This document shows, in pieces, positions 50,760 to 63,870 of a stretch of 64,000 bases of DNA. Position 1 is the stretch's first letter. Every line of letters starts with the position of its first letter. The notes under the pieces are model-generated. The model searched no databases, was not told where the DNA came from, and saw nothing but the letters and a program-made list of their open reading frames with translations. Both the position numbers and the translations under genes were made by a program. The DNA is from Octopus vulgaris (lineage: Eukaryota). The DNA lies in contig OX597818.1 in NCBI GenBank assembly GCA_951406725.2, positions 113,150,001-113,214,000 of the forward strand, given 5' to 3'.

Positions 50760-51580
50760 GAGATGGTTGATCAATTCCCAAACATGAATGGAGGTTTATA
50801 TCGTGATGACTGTCTACTCTATCTTCAAAATGTTTCTAACCAAAAATTACAAAGGATGAAAATTAAGTTCGTTAAATTTTTCCGAAATATGCGCTTAAGC
50901 ATTGATTTCGATTATGATATAACCAAAGCCAACATTTTTGATATTACCCTTAACTTATATAATATATTAATTCATATTTCCCATACCATAGACCCTCAAA
51001 TAATTTAAAGTATATTAGCTTTTTCACTAACCATTCAAAAGCTATAACAAGTAGTTTAGTTACAAATATTTCACTTAGACTTTCTAGATTATCTGCTAGT
51101 ATTGATATAGTTAACGATAGAGACGAATTTTATAACTCTGCAGGCTATAAAGAAAAATATTACCTATATTAACTCGATTGACGTTAATTCTCCCTCAATT
51201 AATAAGGACATGAAAACACATCATAACGGTAATAACAATATGAATTATAGTTTGAATAACAATAAATCGAAAAATGTAATTTTGCTTCGTAAGGTAGATA
51301 ACCGTTCTTTATATCCCTTCATACGTAATAAAAATAAATCTAGGAATTTTAAAGATAATTATCCTAATAACAAAGTGTGTCCTAGTAAAACAGTTTGGCT
51401 GATCATTCCATTTAATAATAAAATCAATTCCCTTATCCCTTATCGTGAAGCTATAGATAAGAATTTTCTAAAAATTTCAGATACCATTCCATTATCAATT
51501 CACACCGAATTAGGATGGGTTTTTCAAACACCAAAGACATTTCACAAATCACTTCTTCGTGCGGCAATAAGTTGTTAAAT
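50760..51580 (+). pseudogene. Penelope-like element reverse transcriptase relic (Naiad-like)
   Basis: GGLYRDDCL catalytic motif and NIFDITLNL; after a frameshift PYHRPSNNLKYI..NH..ISLRLSRLS..FYNSAGYKE; then VWLIIPFN..IDKNF..YHSIINSHRIRMGFSNT. Confidence 0.85.
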
Positions 51581-51734
51581 ACGAATCCTTGTGGCAAAAT
51601 TTGAAACAATTAGACCTAGTTTCCATCAAGAGATCTGCACTGCAGAGCAAGTTTCAATTCTGTAATATTCGCTAGAATTTATCTTCATGGTTTCTTTGAT
51701 GCATGGCAGACGCTATGTGCATATATATGATTGC

Positions 51735-51799
<65 letters not shown>

Positions 51800-52047
51800 T
51801 GCATTTATATATGTGTGTGTGTGTTTTTGTGCATTTATATATATATATATGTGTGTGTTTGTGCATTTATATATATATATATGTGTGTTTGTGCATTTAT
51901 ATATATATATATATATGTGTGTGTGTTTGTGCATTTATATATATATATATATATGTGTGTGTGTTTGTGCATTTATATATGTGTGTGTGTGTTTGTGCAT
52001 TTTTATATATATAAATATATATATACATATGTGTCTGTGTGTGTATT

Positions 52048-52060
<13 letters not shown>
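51735..52060. repeat. Minisatellite of compound units (TG)n-TTTGTGCATT-(TA)n, about 7 copies
   Basis: tttgtgcattt recurs seven times between about 51796 and 52003. Confidence 0.9.
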
Positions 52061-52079
<19 letters not shown>

Positions 52080-52561
52080 TGTATGTATATATATATGTGT
52101 TTGCGTGTGTGTGTATAATTTGAATGGAAGCAATACCAGCGGAAATCTAGAGGAACATGACCTATCATCCAATAGAATATTCAATACATATGTGTACTTT
52201 CTCCGACATTAATAAATCAATATAATGTTCGAGATAATATTAGTATCAAAAACATACAAGTATATAAATATATAAATATTTAATATTTAAAAATACGCAA
52301 ATATTTAAAAACATTTTAAAAATATTCTAAAATGCGTATGCATTTTAAAAATATATAATTACATAAATATATATAAAAAAGGTCGATATAAGATAAAACT
52401 CGTAGGTATTTATATATGTGTATATAAAGATATATACATGCACACACACTCAAATATATTCTCATATATACATACACGTGCATGCATATATATATATATG
52501 AGACTTTACCATTTGCTTGTTTTACCTACACCTGTCTTTGCTTGTGTATAAATTTGAACTA

Positions 52562-52571
52562 TATAGATAGG

Positions 52572-52613
<42 letters not shown>
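52562..52613. repeat. (GATA)n microsatellite
   Basis: Directly visible; similar tracts at 21780-21945, 45815-45900 and 57230-57328. Confidence 0.95.
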
Positions 52614-52614
<1 letters not shown>

Positions 52615-53224
52615 TTGCAGGGAGGGGAAGAGAGAGAGAGTTTGAAAATGAATGAGAAGCTGTCAGAATGCATAATATCGTTGTTATTATAGTAAAGGTA
52701 GAAAGGAAACCGTAATAAAGAAGTTTATTTCTGAAAATTATGAAATATACAAGAAATTCATAGATTGGCTTCTTTCTTATAACACACAACATAGCAATTT
52801 ATTGTGTTATACATTTCAATTTCCATTTGTTTCTTTTCATAGAAAGGTTTCTGAACAGGAAAAATGTTTGATAAGATCTTTTGTTTGTTATTCCTAATTT
52901 TATATTTAAATGGTTTGCTTTTGTTTCTTGTTTTGAAAAGAAAAGATAAGCATATGATTTGCTACAAAAAAAAAAAAAAAAAAAAAAAAGAAACTCCTCT
53001 CAACAAGAGTCAGTCTGACAGCATCTGTATGACACCTTAACCTTGTAGAAACACCAGTCAAATTGTCCTGAAATTATATCGTATGCCTTTCAAAAGAAGG
53101 TTTGAATAGACAATATAGTCCAAGATAAACCTATAGCAAGGTATTAAGATCGATAATATTGCTTGTACCTCAACTCTAGTATTGAACCTTCGTCGCTATG
53201 TAAGAAATCAATATATAAAATATT

Positions 53225-53645
53225 TATTTCTTTATTGCCCACAGGGGGCTAACATAGAAGGGACAAACAAGGCGATTAATTTAATTACATCGACCTCAGT
53301 ACGTAACTGGTACTTATTTATCGACCCCGAAGAGATAAAAAGCAATTGGAGCTCAGATCATAATGCCAGATGAAATACCGCTGAGAATTTCGTCCGGCAT
53401 GCTAACGATTCTGCCAGCCCGCCGCCCTATATTAATACAATATTCTTTTCTGCTCTGGGCACAAGGCCAGAAATTTTGAGGGGAGGGGGCCAGTCAATTA
53501 GATGGACACTATTACGCAACTGGTACTTAATTTATCGACCCCCGAAAGGATAAAAGGAAAAGTCGACCTCGGCGGAATTTGAGCTCAGAACGTAAATAGA
53601 CAGACGAAATAGTGCTAAGCATTTCACCTGGTGTGCTAACGTTTC
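53225..53645 (-). mobile_element. Two tandem family B SINEs (tail1 type about 53225-53428; tail2 type about 53440-53645)
   Basis: Two actggtactta.tttatcgacccc bodies, each with a head. Confidence 0.85.
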
Positions 53646-54262
53646 TGCTGTGCAATAATTTTTGCCGTAGTTCTGCTCGATCATATTTGCAGGGTTTACA
53701 CCACGATAAAATCAATTTTCTTGTAAATTTGGCTACAAATCTGAAATGGCAAAACAATGAGACAATATGCTTTGTCCGACAATTCTTCCATTGACATACC
53801 TAATTTGTTTCCGTTTCTTGCTGTTTGTCTCCTTGTTATTATAATTGTTAATGGGTTAGTGAAGGAGGCACGACAGCCCACATGACTAGGATCTCATAGT
53901 TTAGGAGAAGGTCATAGGTTATTTGGAAACCGAAAACATAAATGCATGCTATATACCGAATTCGAATAACGTCATAGAATCTCAAGAAGGCAATGTTAAG
54001 ATTGGGTAAGGATTAAATCATGCCTAGAGACAGAAGCAGTGCTACTATTTAGTTTTGCACAGGTTAACATCTACGAAATTTCAGTTATGAAAATGACGTC
54101 GAGAAAAATAGTGCCTTCAAGATAGGCCTTAGCTTGTAAACCACTCCGTATCAGATTGATTAAAGAAAGTCAGGTTCACAAGATCTACCGGGGCTGAAGT
54201 CTGCTCCGGCAAAATTTCTCTATTTTACAGAATATCGAGGTCTTATCCATTCTTTTGTTGTC

Positions 54263-54307
<45 letters not shown>

Positions 54308-54930
54308 AAATGTGTAATAGAAGCAGCTATAGCATAATAAATATCATTAACCACATATACTTAATGCATATGCTTCGTGTATTTGCCGTTGGGCTGACTT
54401 GGCGCGGTGAAATATATCCTGTTTCAAATCACCGGGTGTTACATCATCTCAGAGTGATGGACAAGTGAGACAAATCACCTTGAATCCTATCTAGAAGTGA
54501 TGGATATCAGTACCACGTACTCAGCAGAATCGGAAGCGAATGCGGTTGCCAGTCCCCGACTTATGCTCATTGTATGCAGATTTGTCGCATACGTGATGTT
54601 GGCAAATCACAGTCGAAAAGACGTTTTAACGACCTCTCCAAATTGCTTAATGTGAAATATGACTGGATTCTTGTAAAACCGCAGAAAAAAAGTAACAAAT
54701 TTCATAACAAAAATGAGACAACGCGTAGTAATATATCGAAACTCATTCACATAGAGATTCGTTTTCAATTTTTTTTTACACAGATCAATAGATCGATAAA
54801 GTAAACTGATCAATAAACGAACCTATAAAGATTATAAGAATCAGCTGTAAGTCGAATTTAGTAATAGAATACGAAATGGTCATTATTTGCACTTTATCGT
54901 GTATATATGTATGTGTGTGTGGGGTGGGTA

Positions 54931-55264
54931 CAGAGGGTGTTAGAATACCTACAATACTAGAAATAAGAGCTAAATACTCTAATGCGGCAGTCAATGCAAA
55001 CAGTTGTATATATACTTACTAACAGTGACGGTAAACGGTTGAAAGTGTCGATCTTGTCCAGAAACTGGCGAATCGTACCGACCCTACCGATGAGTGCTTC
55101 GGTCTTAAAGGTGAAACCATTGGCGGTGCACGGATATCACGACTGCTACTTTCGGCTCTTTACGGTCACTGTTAGTAAGTATGTATACAATTGTGTGCGT
55201 TGACTGATGCTTCAGAGTATTTTAGCTCTTATTTCTAGCATTGTAGGTCTTCTAATACCCTCTG
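54931..55264. mobile_element. Foldback MITE with ~115 bp TIRs
   Basis: cagagggtgttagaatacctacaatactagaaataagagc...gaaag versus ctttc...gctcttatttctagcattgtaggtcttctaataccctctg; TA on the left, TC on the right. Confidence 0.8.
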
Positions 55265-55355
55265 TCTTAATGAATGACAGGTATAGGTTTCCTTTTTGGT
55301 GATACATTTCTAAACAGCTGCCTAATTTAATTGTGTATATATATATTTGTGTGTA

Positions 55356-55402
<47 letters not shown>

Positions 55403-55865
55403 TTTATGTGTGTGTTTTTATGTGTGTATGTATGTATTTATATACATACACACACACTGATATTTAACATTGAGTTTGTCGTGTCCACTAGGACTGCTTA
55501 ATCGAATTCGGACACAGTTGGAAGCCCACACTTGTTGAAAGAATAAACACTCGAACATATATTCCTTCCCCTTGACATGAACTTTCATACTAGTATCATA
55601 AACAGTAGTATCTGAACCACGACCGTCATTTCCTCTGCTTATATTGAATTTGTGGAACCAATTAACCATTTACAACTCGTATATCTTGTCTTTCTAAATC
55701 TGAATTTTGCTTTTGTTATTTAAAATACTTCTCAATGGATCTTCATTATCCAACACAGAGATAATACACTGATACGAAATGTTCAAATTTTTGAGTTCAG
55801 TAACAGAAGTAACGTCATTAACTTAAGGCGTAATATAATTAACTACAAACCCAAATGTGACCTCA

Positions 55866-56090
55866 CCAATCATTTCACTTATAAGGCCGCCCTGACGCAT
55901 CTAATTTCAGTATGTCGAGGAAATTGTGTTTGCTGCATTCTACGGAAATCGCAATTGTAATAATATATCCAATTTTTCAGGCCACATTAACTTAATTTAC
56001 ACTGTTTCATTCTCATTTAACCGTTTCTCTTGAAGCTTTAACGATCACTCATCATTTTAGCTGGTGATTATATGTATCACATCTGTGAGT
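55866..56090 (+). promoter_or_regulatory. Candidate core promoter and non-coding exon
   Basis: CCAAT 55866, TATAA 55880, TGACGCA, Inr-like TCAGT 55907-55911, consensus donor GTGAGT at 56085. Confidence 0.25.
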
Positions 56091-57343
56091 AACTACGTAT
56101 ATCCACAGGACGATAGGCATATGTGTCTTTGTCTATTTAAGGGTCTCATATCGGTAAATAAATGCTTTGTTTCTGTATGTTTAATTTGACGTGATACCCA
56201 TAGGGTATTTCGTCAAATTATCTGCACTGTGCATTAGGTTTGCTCCGTAATTACGTTGCAACATCTAACTATTGTATAATTGCTTCGAATTACACATACA
56301 CCATAGCTTCATAAACTTTTCAATACCTCTCGATTTACAAAATAAATGTGACACTGAAAGTTTCGTAATATTTCATATTTACTTCATACCATCATGGCTG
56401 TACTGAAATAAAATGTAATTTCAAAAATTCATGCCGGAAGGTAAATGAATAACATGTTAGGTGCACAAAAATATACAGAGAATTCGTAGTAAGCGATTAA
56501 AATAGTACCAAATGAAATACAAAACTAACAAAGAATTATAAATGTATATTATAAGATAAGATTAGCTACAACTCTATATAATTTATCTTAGAATTCTTTT
56601 CACGAAATGTTCAATAAAACCAAATTTGTTTATGTAGTAGAAATAGATTTTCGATGACTGACTTAAAAGAAATAAACGCTGAGGTCGTTCACGATCTAAC
56701 ATAATAGAACAATTTTCAAAGTATTTGTGTCGCCACAACCGACAAAAAGTTGAACTTATATAACATTGCATATTATCTTTGAATAAAGCAATTGATTTCT
56801 TACATTTTTTTCCAGACATGTCTCAACGGTGCATTTCACATATCACTGATAAAAGAATAATATTGGACCTATACAATCTCTGTAAAATGATATGTTCGCT
56901 TATATTGGACTGTATCTGCTGCAGGATTTCTATATATAACCAGTTACATATTACTCGTCAAGCTCTCCTATTGGAATTCACCTTCTCTTCTAAAGATATC
57001 TTAAGAAGTGACTGTCGTAAAAATGACAGCCGTTATCAGATATTTGATTACACAATTAAAATTCCTTTGTGGGTTACGATTTTTGCCTTGCATTCTATAT
57101 CGGTATAGCGTAACTGATAGACTTTTCATATTTACTTTCTCATAAACATAAATTTACTTTCTTAATTTCGCAGTAACTCTCTTAAATGCCTTGCAGGTAC
57201 TCTCTTACTAGCGTGGAAATATATACATATATATATATATAGATATAGATATATATAGATATAGATATATATAGATAGATAGATATATAGATAGATAGAT
57301 ATATAGATATATATATAGATAGATATATTAAAAAAAAGTCGTC

Positions 57344-57477
57344 AGAATTTTGGAAAAAAATCCTTTTATTTCTTCATTATTAACGCTTTCGTTCCTCTCT
57401 AGAGCTTGACAAATATAATTTTGCTAATATAATTTTTCTAATAATAAAGAAATAAAAGGATTGTTTTCCAAAATTCT
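57344..57477. repeat. Imperfect inverted repeat, ~39 bp arms, 56 bp spacer
   Basis: agaattttggaaaaaaatccttttatttcttcattatta / taataataaagaaataaaaggattgttttccaaaattct. Confidence 0.85.
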
Positions 57478-57513
57478 CAATATCCAAATCTGTAAATCAC
57501 ACATAATACTCTA

Positions 57514-57580
<67 letters not shown>

Positions 57581-57749
57581 GAGGTATATATATATATGAG
57601 GTTATGAGCGGTAATGGTGTCAGTAAGACCCAAATGTGTCAGGTAATGCTGAATAAGTGCTATGGATAGACCATAGTTAAGTTCCAGGTTTGGTGATTAT
57701 GCGAATAATGGGTCCAACGTAGCTCATATCTCAGCGTGTGTATGTAATT

Positions 57750-58033
57750 TTTTCTGTAACGTGATAAAAAAACGAAGGCTGTGTAGATTTTAGAACTTTT
57801 GTAAATATGTCTTACAGCTGTTTCTAGGATATTTATTATATCCCTTCATCGGATACGGTGTGAGAAGACGGTTATGCAATAGTTAATTGATAGTAAATTA
57901 ACTATTCCTTAACCGTCTTCTCACACCGTATCTGATGAAGGGATATGATAAATATCCTAGAAACAGCTGTAAGACATATTTATAAATGTTCTAAAATCTA
58001 CACAGTCTTGGTTTAATATCTCATTACGGAAAC
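57750..58033. mobile_element. Foldback palindrome (~140 bp arms) of an HHR-bearing repeat (family H2; inverted PLE terminal repeats)
   Basis: Arms pair almost to the centre (~57890); each arm carries an HHR motif on opposite strands; lies between (TA)n tracts. Confidence 0.8.
57927..57976 (+). ncRNA. Minimal type I hammerhead motif (family H2)
   Basis: cgtat-CTGATGA-a-gggatat-gataa-atatcct-a-GAAA-cagctg-TA-agaca; palindromic ACAGCTGT stem III, GUA triplet, weak stem I. Confidence 0.65.
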
Positions 58034-58095
58034 AAAAATCTTATATATATGTGTGTATATATATGTGTGTATATATATATATGTGTGTATATATA

Positions 58096-58142
<47 letters not shown>

Positions 58143-59799
58143 GGTGGAGAGTTAGTATGGGTTTGTAGATGCGTGTGTATTTAATGTTGTATCAGTCAGT
58201 AAGTATGTACAATCCTTGCCATTGTATTCATTCTGTTAGTTATGTAACTTTCTCATTGTTTTCTCTTTCCGGAGTACAGATCATTAATGTTGAATGTAAG
58301 CTAGAGAGTGGAAATTAAAATTCAGTTAAAATTTAACTATTCACTGTACTTGGAATTCAAAGAAGTATTTCATTTATCTGTCGTCGCATTTCGATGAATA
58401 TATCTCACCCACATAGTTTTATTAATCTAAATTATTGTTGAATTTAAGTCCTTACATTCTTCAAAGGTTTGTAGATATGGCATAGACAAGAGGTTTTCAG
58501 ACGAACGTATATTGAAAATGATAAGCGATTCGCGATACTCAATTCTTTATCAAATAAACAGGAAGTCATATAAGAATCAATTTTTCAATATCTTATTAAC
58601 AATAAAGAAGCTAAATATTATCAGGTGATCTCAAAAGAACCACAGTCTGTAGTCATATAGTTAGTGGTTATTACTTAAATGTAGGAATGTAACTGTGTGT
58701 GTATGATATAGTAAATAAATAGCATTCCATTACAATATACACTGAAAGAAATCTTTCTTTTATAAAATATGTATAAATCAATTGTATTCAATAGAATTTA
58801 TGCAGAACGATTGTCCTGATTTCATGTTTTTGAGAATCTGGTGAGTAAAATAGTGTAATTGCAACAAAATTATTAATGTTTACAAAAAAAGTAACTTGTT
58901 GAGAATGATAATGTTCTAGATAAATATTGTTGTCAGAGAGAAACGTTAATTTTGTTTTAATTCAATGAGTTTGAGCGTTGCTTATGAAAGAAATCCTAAT
59001 ATTCTTCATGCGCACTTGCCAACATTCCCCTAGCTTATCAATATCTCGCCGATATCTCGGCAAAAATCAGCGAATCTTGACTCGAGTTATTCATCGAGCC
59101 ACATAGTCAACTCCACGTGATTGTTGAAGGACTGTCGGCGAGCTACTGAAAAACTTTAGAATCTGAATGTGCTTATTCGGGAGGAACGTTGGGCGCAGTA
59201 GAACTTGCTATCTGATCACTTGAAAAGCAGTTTTGGTCAAATGAGCGACAAAGGAGTGAACGCCGCCGTGTTAAAGAAGCCCAACTTGTCGGCTATCGAG
59301 TTGGATTGTCTCGATGAGGTGGTTTAGTGAGCATAAACATCTGCATTAATTCTGTGGTTGTTTCCAATACACAAGTATTCTTGTGTTAATTCAAACATTT
59401 TAAAGGGAAGAGCGATTTTATTTGACAACTTAATAGGTAAGTCATGTAAAAGATTTTAATGTGGACTTCATATAATTAGTCAAACATTACGAATGAATCG
59501 ATATTGTCAATTACTTATACGTTTTCTCGGTGTAAAAATGCGTGGAACTTGATAAAGGATACGACCCAACACCTCTGCGATGGCGTGTTTATTAATTATG
59601 TCAAAATAGGAAGATAGACTTAGTAGAACTACAGGCAAAATAACTCATGATGTTTTGTGAAGTTCAGATGATTTCTGCATGTAAAGGGCACCGCACTTGA
59701 CTTAACCAATCATTTCGAGGGCAATGGAATACGTACTAGTTATCGTATAAACGACTTCCATAGTAAACTATGCTACTGCATGGTCATATCCTAATACAA

Positions 59800-60280
59800 A
59801 ATAAAAATATGAAACGCTAAAGCTATAAAAAGAATTATCCAACTAGTCACAGACTCTCTTCTGCAGGAAAATGTTTCCAAGTGGTCAGAAGACATACATA
59901 TGGAATACAACAACACACAAATAGTCATTTTACTTGTATTGATTACTACGAAATGGAAAGAACAGGGAAAAATGCAAAAGCATAATGTGTACTATGGTGG
60001 CATTATCTCGAACACGCAAATCTTTCTTAAGAAAATCTGGAAAGCGATGCTGTAAGTTGTCTGATGAAAGCATTTGAATTACCATGGGAAAGTTATTTTA
60101 TAATAGGTTACAACAAATGGACTGAGTCGTTGCATTTACTGACTAGAATAGTTTTGACAGCCACTTTCTGGCTTTCAAGAAGTATTTTAGATGTCCGTCG
60201 TACCAGCTGATCATTGTAAAGATACCGAAAGATTGAATATGTAAACTGGTTTCGTATGTTGTTGCGTCTAAAAGCACTGA
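59800..60280 (+). pseudogene. Possible very old non-LTR RT relic
   Basis: Scattered IWKAM, NY, YNRL, GFQ and RT.xDH-like fragments in RT order across frames. Confidence 0.25.
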
Positions 60281-60682
60281 TACATAAATAAGCCAGAGAA
60301 ATTTATAAAATATTTAGAAACGCCTTAAGCTAATATACCAATGTATCGAGCAAAGTGCACACCTCACACACACATGCATACATAGACACGCACATACACA
60401 GATATAATGTAGATTTAATTGTATGTATGTATATATTTGGGCTCTATTGGTTTTATAGGCACACACACACACTTACCAACAAATACACACGCACAGTATA
60501 TGTACACACATACGCGGATGTGAGCGTATAGCATTGTCTGTTAATGCGCTTGCTTCTAGCTGTGCATAAATAAAAAAAAGAAGGAATGAAATACAAAATA
60601 AGTTCATAAATGTTTTATAGCACAAACTTCCATTTGAGCATTTACACATGCATGTGTATGATTATGATTGCAGATGTGTATG

Positions 60683-60773
<91 letters not shown>

Positions 60774-61816
60774 CTATACATGCATGCAATAACAACACCT
60801 ACGATAACCAGAACAGACCTAATAATGATTGATTGAAAACTTATAAATCGGATCAACTTAAGATTACCAGCATATACATTATTCAAATTGTTACAAACTT
60901 TTCTTTTCGTGATTTTGGAGATAAATATACAGTTAATAAAGTTATGTACAGTTTCTTAGACACATGTTTTTCCATTCTAAGCACGGTTCCATTATTTTAA
61001 AACTGAAGACGATAAAAAAAAATCAGTCAAACATTTGGAAATGTCAATAGCTGTCCATCATCTTATTTACTGTCAGATTTAATATAAAATCGTTTTATTT
61101 CCATTTCGTCAATGTTCCCACGAAAATCAGACATTTCTATATCTGAAAAAAGTTTTTAGGAATGAGATTTCTTTACTCTGACGACACAAATTTTTGGTGA
61201 CTTAAATATGACAACATATTGGTTGGTTAGATTCCATCGAATATCTTTCTTTATATCAGCTACATCTTTGAAAGTGAGATGAAGATTGAATTGTTTAAAG
61301 AAACCGTAGTTTTCGCTAGTTTGGCATTCATTTTTTGTATCTCACTCGCTTTCTACAGATAGCAAGTTCAGTACATATGTACTTCTGTGTGCGTTTGCGT
61401 GTTTCTTTGTATGTTTGTGTGTTTGTTTGTGTGTGAGTGTATGCGTGTGTCCACATTATAAACTATCGTGTGTATTACTACCATATTTATACTCATATAA
61501 AGATACTCCTGCGCGTCCCCCATTTCTGACCTATAGAAGAAAGTCTTGCTACCAACTCCAGAAGAGAGATTATATTTTTCGTATGAGAATTTACTTTCGT
61601 TTCTTCCACTCTGACTTATTTTAAGACACCAATAAGCTCTATACATTCTTCATAAGATATTTCAATTCATCTGTTTTAATTTCATCTTTTGTTTCTAAAA
61701 TTTTCCTATAAAATGATATAAAGTTCCGCTGAATTACAGACTAGAGAAGAAACAGAGTAACTTGGAAAAGTTTTGTACGAACATTTTTAGATATTAAGAT
61801 TGGAGAAAATATATAT

Positions 61817-62342
61817 ACATCAAATATCCACTTGCTCTCTTCGTTCGGACAACCCAATAATTATTCTCTTAGTTCCATCCTCATTTTATAAACTGTGCCT
61901 TTGCTAATGTGGTTTAATAAATCTCAAACATATACACAGTTTCTACGAATCAGCTAAAGTAATACTAATATAGCAAAGAATGCAGGTTTCGATTATTTGC
62001 TATCATTTTGGTTGCAATCTTGATAGTATTATTAATAAATTACGGCTCTCAACATCCCGTATTCTTTCGTACAATTTGCTCAGTCAGCAAAACTATTTTG
62101 GTAGAATAACAATTACTGAACTTTTAAAAAATGAAATAAAATTATTAGAAATAAACTTTTTTTCTCTCCATAAGATTACAGTTTTTTTAATGAGTTGAAT
62201 AAAAACGAAATTGTCGCCGATTGTCCTTTGTTTGAGATTTATTGAACAACATTAGCAAAGACACACTTTGTAAAATGAGGACGGAACTAAAAGAATAATT
62301 ATTGGGTTGTCCGAACGAAGAAATCAAGTGGATATTTGATGT
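61817..62342. repeat. Inverted repeat with ~115 bp arms (61817-61931 / 62229-62342)
   Basis: acatcaaatatccacttg...ttcgttcggacaacccaataattattc...aaatctcaaaca and its reverse complement. Confidence 0.85.
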
Positions 62343-62879
62343 TAGTTATTGAAGTGTGCACGATATAATGAAGCCATGCGTATTAATATCAAACACGCAA
62401 TGAATAATAGCGAACGTACAGATACTAACTTGTCGACAGCTAATTATTATACATAAAGAACACAGACTATGTATTTCTTTCGAATGAATCGAAACGCTAA
62501 TGTTTTAGATTTAGCTGTCTGAAAGTGAGATTGATGGACACCGCTTCTAATCATCTACCCCATATGATTGCTAGATCTATGTTATTGATTCATTTCAATA
62601 ACTTATCTCACGTGTCTGTAAACAATTAAACCAAAAAATATAAAACTAAAACAGTAAAGATTGATGTTTGTAGCCACGTTCACAGTTTTTTTTTATTGAC
62701 CAATTTCTACCATTTTCCGGCAAGTCAATAAATATTTATCCTTTCCAGCACATTACTACAATTCCTTCTATGACCAATCTGTCGAAATGTGCGGTGAAGG
62801 ATTTAAGTAAGTAAAGAATAACATATTATGAAAATGGGGCATGTGTTACGCTACATAGCATGGAACTGGCGTATAAAAC

Positions 62880-63115
62880 AATCAGAATAGAAAATTCTTT
62901 CATAAAATCGTTGAAGCTTACTATAGGAAGCTTTATCTATCCGAGCACAAATCAGAAGATATGCTTGGTGCCTTCTGGATGAATGTAGAAGACTTGTGCC
63001 ATTTTCACTGTGACTTCAAAAGAACGACCTGCCAAATATAGTAGGAAAATAAGCTTCCAAAAGTATCCGATATCATTCGAGGAAATCCATTTGGCTGGGC
63101 TGGTTGGCAGCTAAT
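62880..63115 (+). pseudogene. Possible RTE-clade RT C-terminal relic
   Basis: KLPKVSDIIRGNPFGWAG (~LPxxSxxIRxRRLxWAGH), preceded by LTIGS-like and MLGAFW-like fragments. Confidence 0.35.
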
Positions 63116-63507
63116 AAGCAAAGATATGGTCATAATTACATTTGTTACATATATAAGACAGTTAACACATGATACTTTACGTCACCAAACTGATTTATCT
63201 TACACCACAGAGGATTATAGAGAAATGGACATGGAAATAAATGCGAATTGAAATAAGCTGGAACTGAAAAGATGATAATGAAGTATTCATGTGAAAGATC
63301 CGTTTGATTGCAAGTCGACTTTTACTGCTGAAACTGTTTGAATTGGAACATAAACATGCTTCAGCACTAATCCTAAGATTTTAGCCTGTCCTATCCAGTC
63401 ACAAAATAAATTTTATTGTTCTGACACCGATTCTACCAATCTCTTTCGGTCGAACCGCTATTTTATGCAGTCTTTCATCTATATGTGTATGTGTGTGTGC
63501 TCGTATA

Positions 63508-63870
63508 TACATTATTTACATTATTTACATTTGGCAGATATTCGTTCTCATCTTGTTTGTTGTTAGCACAACATTTTGGCTGATATCCCCTCCAGCCTTC
63601 ATCAGGTGTCTTGGGGAAATTTCGAACCTGGGTTCTCATTCCTAAGGTATTTTAGATGTTATTATTATTGTTAATATTATTAATATTGAAGTCACATCGA
63701 AAAATACCTCAGGAATGAGAACCCACGTTCGAAATTTCCCCAAGACACCTGATGAAGGCTGGTGGGTACATCGGCCGAAACGTTATGTTAACAACAAACA
63801 AGATGAGGACACATATCCGCCAAATGTAAATAATGTACACAATGCTTCATCTCTTAAATATCCAATTGTA
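63508..63870. mobile_element. Family H1 inverted pair without tRNA heads (minus 63508-63693, plus 63694-63870)
   Basis: Body, HHR and tail present in both orientations, joined at the (AAT)n linker. Confidence 0.9.
63744..63789 (+). ncRNA. Minimal type I hammerhead motif with intact catalytic core (family H1)
   Basis: gacac-CTGATGA-a-ggctggtg-ggta-catcggcc-GAAA-cg-TT-atgtt; 8-bp stem II including G-U pairs. Confidence 0.7.

Noticed and set aside
55080-55130. CCGATGA...GAAA in the MITE spacer
   Set aside because: Mutated core, no stem II, and no UH at the expected place.
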